Of a stretch of DNA of 64,000 nucleotides, positions 62,301 to 64,000 are shown in pieces; position 1 is the first letter of the stretch, and every line of letters starts with the position of its first letter. The DNA comes from an uncultured Gemmatimonadaceae bacterium. GTDB taxonomy: Bacteria > Gemmatimonadota > Gemmatimonadetes > Gemmatimonadales > Gemmatimonadaceae. The position numbers and the translations under genes were made by a program. The DNA is taken from assembly GCA_963843845.1 (NCBI GenBank), contig CAWJMB010000003.1, positions 1-64,000 on the forward strand, given 5' to 3'. The notes beneath the pieces were generated by a model. That model was given only the letters and a program-made list of their open reading frames with translations. It did not search any database and was not told the origin of the DNA.

Positions 62301-63217
62301 GCGGGGGCAGCGTGTCCGCGCCCAGCGTTCCGTTCACCTGCACACGGAGCCTCGGCACGTCGGGCGTAGTGACCTGCACGACCTCGGTGCCGCTCGGCAC
62401 GCCGCTGACCGTCATCGCGGCACCCGACAGCCGCTCGGCGTTCTCGGGGTGGGGCGGGGCGTGCGCGGCGTTCGGCACGTCGAGCTCGTGCACGATCACG
62501 CCGACGGCCGCGACGACGGTGAGCGCTACCTTCACCGAGATGCTGACCAGCGTCTCGCTCTACGGGATCGCCGGGTCCGAGGGCAACGGCACGCTCACAT
62601 CGAGTGGTCCGTCGCCGGCGTTGAACTGCACCATCACTGGTAGTCTCGGGACGGGCGTGTGCGGCGGATCGTACTCGCGCACGGGAACGCTCACCATCAC
62701 GGCCCAGCCGAGTCCGGGATACGCTTTCGACGGTTTCGCGGGCTATTGCACGGGCTCGTCGTCGACCGTCTGCACCATCCCGCTCACCGGCGCGCCGGCG
62801 TCGATCGCGCTCGGCGTGCGCTTCTCGCCGGCGGTCACGCTGTCGCTCCATGTCTACGACGACATCCCACGCTACGACACGGTGACGGTCCAGGCGGGCG
62901 GGCGGACGCTCCCGCCCTGCACGCTCGGCAGCGACGCGGCGACGTTCCGACTCTGTGAGTACGACGTCCCGGTCCGCGCGACCGTACGCTACGTCGCGTC
63001 GCCGGCGTCTCGGTTCTACGGCTTCGACAACGAGGCCGGCTGTCAGGAAAGCTTCGTGTCGCCGGTGTGCACGTTCACGGCGCCGCCGTCGGGCGCCACG
63101 GCATACGCGGCGTTCGCCGCTCCGTCGATCCGCGCCCAGCCGTCGCGGTCGCCGTCGCCGCGGCGCGTGCCGGTCCGCCCGCGCCCGGGCATGAACGCCT
63201 CCGAGCCGCCACGCTGA
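59366..63217 (+). CDS. Large surface lipoprotein with an Ig-like (Big_2) domain and about 10 InlB-B-like repeats
   Basis: SRRNAL plus LTGC; repeated G-x-G-x-V-x-S-x-P-x-GI-x-C...VTLTATP...F-x-GW-x-G-x-C...C-x-V...V-x-A-x-F. Confidence 0.85.
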   Translation: MHTRSLFGSQPRATDRATSRRNALVTLATLVALGGLTGCSTLDDAVSPGRRGDAAAPARLALSAEIGSYSRSSAAATPGVRIQPAYIRSDESRVPLTPQTVTLDGATTQQLPFTVDLSVCLSDAQRKRAAGSDDATCLVAITVTLLDGDTPVDQQTVGPLALRAGGSTAVNEPIRLFQIGTVRVAQASGATGPAQVVTGGTLALATTLTSTTGQTITGRPITFQSDAPTIARVDPSTGVVTGLTPGRARITALAGTTSGGIDVTVTFPPSQITVGAGTGAGSGVVRSSPAGIDCRIVAGVASGTCSGSFPSDAQVTLTAIADANAVLGTFGGACVGAIGGSCTIDASQARTVSVSFAALRRIAVAGVGSGSGTVTGPGIACTITDGVASGTCAATALDGTVVTLTASPAARQVFQGFTGACTTSATTCTVTLTADASVAARFAPLQALSVSLVGGGGGSVTISVPAGAGESRTCVLTPGREPTPCLVDVPPGTVVTLAATAAPGSTFDGFTGACGGTGACSVTVDGAASVAARFTPRSLTLSVTVGGAGAGTVFVNGAAACTLTAGTGSRTCTLPISGSTPLTLTATPANGSSFIGFSGACSGQGSCTITPAGDTSVGAAFAPIGIAISVQGMAGARGAGVVTSAPSGISCSVTGSSATGACATTFPFGSTVTLSASPAAGSTFVRWGGECAAATGPTCTITLSSTISPLVTVEFGVGNVPLAVVRAGTGSGTVVSSDSAGRINCGATCTGSYPFGATVTLFATPASGSTFAGWSGGGCSGIGSCTVTLTSATTVTATFTLQSRTLTVVRAGAGTGSVTSSPAGISCGATCAAPFTFGTTVTLTATPAAPGNTFTGWSGGGCSGVGTCTVTLTSDVTVTATFAIATASITVSTTGAGSGTVTSSPVGISCPTTCSANFQIGSTVVLTATPTNGSTFAGWSGACTGASTCSIVVPAGGANVSAQFTPATVPLTVNLTGTGGGSVSAPSVPFTCTRSLGTSGVVTCTTSVPLGTPLTVIAAPDSRSAFSGWGGACAAFGTSSSCTITPTAATTVSATFTEMLTSVSLYGIAGSEGNGTLTSSGPSPALNCTITGSLGTGVCGGSYSRTGTLTITAQPSPGYAFDGFAGYCTGSSSTVCTIPLTGAPASIALGVRFSPAVTLSLHVYDDIPRYDTVTVQAGGRTLPPCTLGSDAATFRLCEYDVPVRATVRYVASPASRFYGFDNEAGCQESFVSPVCTFTAPPSGATAYAAFAAPSIRAQPSRSPSPRRVPVRPRPGMNASEPPR

Positions 63218-63305
63218 CGACACGTGGCGGCTCGGGCTCGGAGTTGAAGGACGCGGGTGTGAACCGTCGTGCGCTGTCGTGAGCTGTCGTGGCCGGCCGG
63301 TCGAC

Positions 63306-64000
63306 TCAGGGAGTCGGGCGGCCGGTGCCCGTTTCGATCGACGCGAGGCGCATCTTCGCGACCTCGAAGTCCGGGTTCGCCGCGAGCGCGTCCTTGTACA
63401 GCGTCGTCGCCGCCGCCTTGTTGCCGCGGTCCTGCTGCTCGAGCGCGCGGCTCATGAGCATCGCCGCGCGGAACTGGTTCGCCCCCGAGGCGACCGCCGC
63501 GTTCGACTTCACGACCGGCACGCGCATCGCGAGCTGCGGAAGCTTGAGCCCCGCGTTCACCTTGCTCCCCAGCTCGGTGATCTTCGGGAGCAGATCCTCG
63601 TCTTTCCCTTCGACCGTCTCGACGTACTCGATCTGCGACGTCTCGACGTTCACCGAGCGCACGTCGATACGCATCTTGTGCTTCGGATCGATGACGAACG
63701 ACCCCATGAGCATGTGGTGCGCACCGAGGATCTTGCCGAGTTGCACCGCGGTCTCCTTGTCGACGCGGTTGCCGCTCCCCAAATTCTGCTCCTCGATGAG
63801 CTGCTGCAGCCGGTCGCGCTCGACGACGCGGACGCCCGGGTTCCGCGCGAGCTCGGTGATCATCATCTCCGCCATCCCCTTGCTGAGCGGCGCGTAGTCG
63901 GCGTTACCCACCAGCGCCCCGTTCGTGAAGTAGAGCACGGCGATCGTCGGGCGCCCGTCGCTCGCGCCGGGCGCGGCCACGACAGGTTGCCGTTGCGCGG
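63306..64000 (-). CDS. CsgG/HfaB-like protein with TPR (5' end beyond the window)
   Basis: IAVLYF, VVERDRLQQLIEEQNL...VDKETAVQLGKILGA...GSF; frame open to the edge. Confidence 0.82.
   Translation of the reverse strand, partial: AQRQPVVAAPGASDGRPTIAVLYFTNGALVGNADYAPLSKGMAEMMITELARNPGVRVVERDRLQQLIEEQNLGSGNRVDKETAVQLGKILGAHHMLMGSFVIDPKHKMRIDVRSVNVETSQIEYVETVEGKDEDLLPKITELGSKVNAGLKLPQLAMRVPVVKSNAAVASGANQFRAAMLMSRALEQQDRGNKAAATTLYKDALAANPDFEVAKMRLASIETGTGRPTP

Overview
Very GC-rich bacterial DNA. The PEP-CTERM protein ending VTATPEPAT and the TonB/CsgG/ferritin-like gene set suggest Gemmatimonadota (Gemmatirosa-like); this is inferred, not proven. The window has four zones. (1) 1-11.6 kb is a complete integron: IntI at 10580-11572 (-), 13 attC sites, and 13 complete cassettes plus the start of a 14th. 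The integrase is co-oriented with, and upstream of, the array. Six of the seven distal cassettes are toxin-antitoxin pairs, while proximal cassettes include an HNH nuclease and a HEPN-like protein. One attC is split by a decayed IS110/IS1111 element whose 3' non-coding region looks like a bridge/seek RNA. (2) 11.7-49 kb holds accessory genes for stress, signalling and envelope functions: tricorn protease, ECF sigma/anti-sigma, Dps, two histidine kinases, a ferritin-like pair, a TonB-dependent receptor, an acyltransferase, an ABC transporter, an M28 peptidase, an alcohol dehydrogenase, a histone-like protein, a PEP-CTERM protein and MsrB. Several carry frameshifts that are probably sequencing errors. 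(3) 49.5-57 kb is a replication/partition module of a probable secondary replicon: a ParB-HTH-only protein, three copies of a non-canonical parS-like palindrome, ParA, ParB, a Rep with a DnaA-N-like tail, an AT-rich tract, four 17-bp iteron-like repeats and a double-wHTH protein. (4) 57-64 kb is a CsgG-like / beta-barrel / large repetitive lipoprotein surface cluster. No rRNA, tRNA or CRISPR array was recognised. All product calls come from motif recognition by eye; no database was searched.
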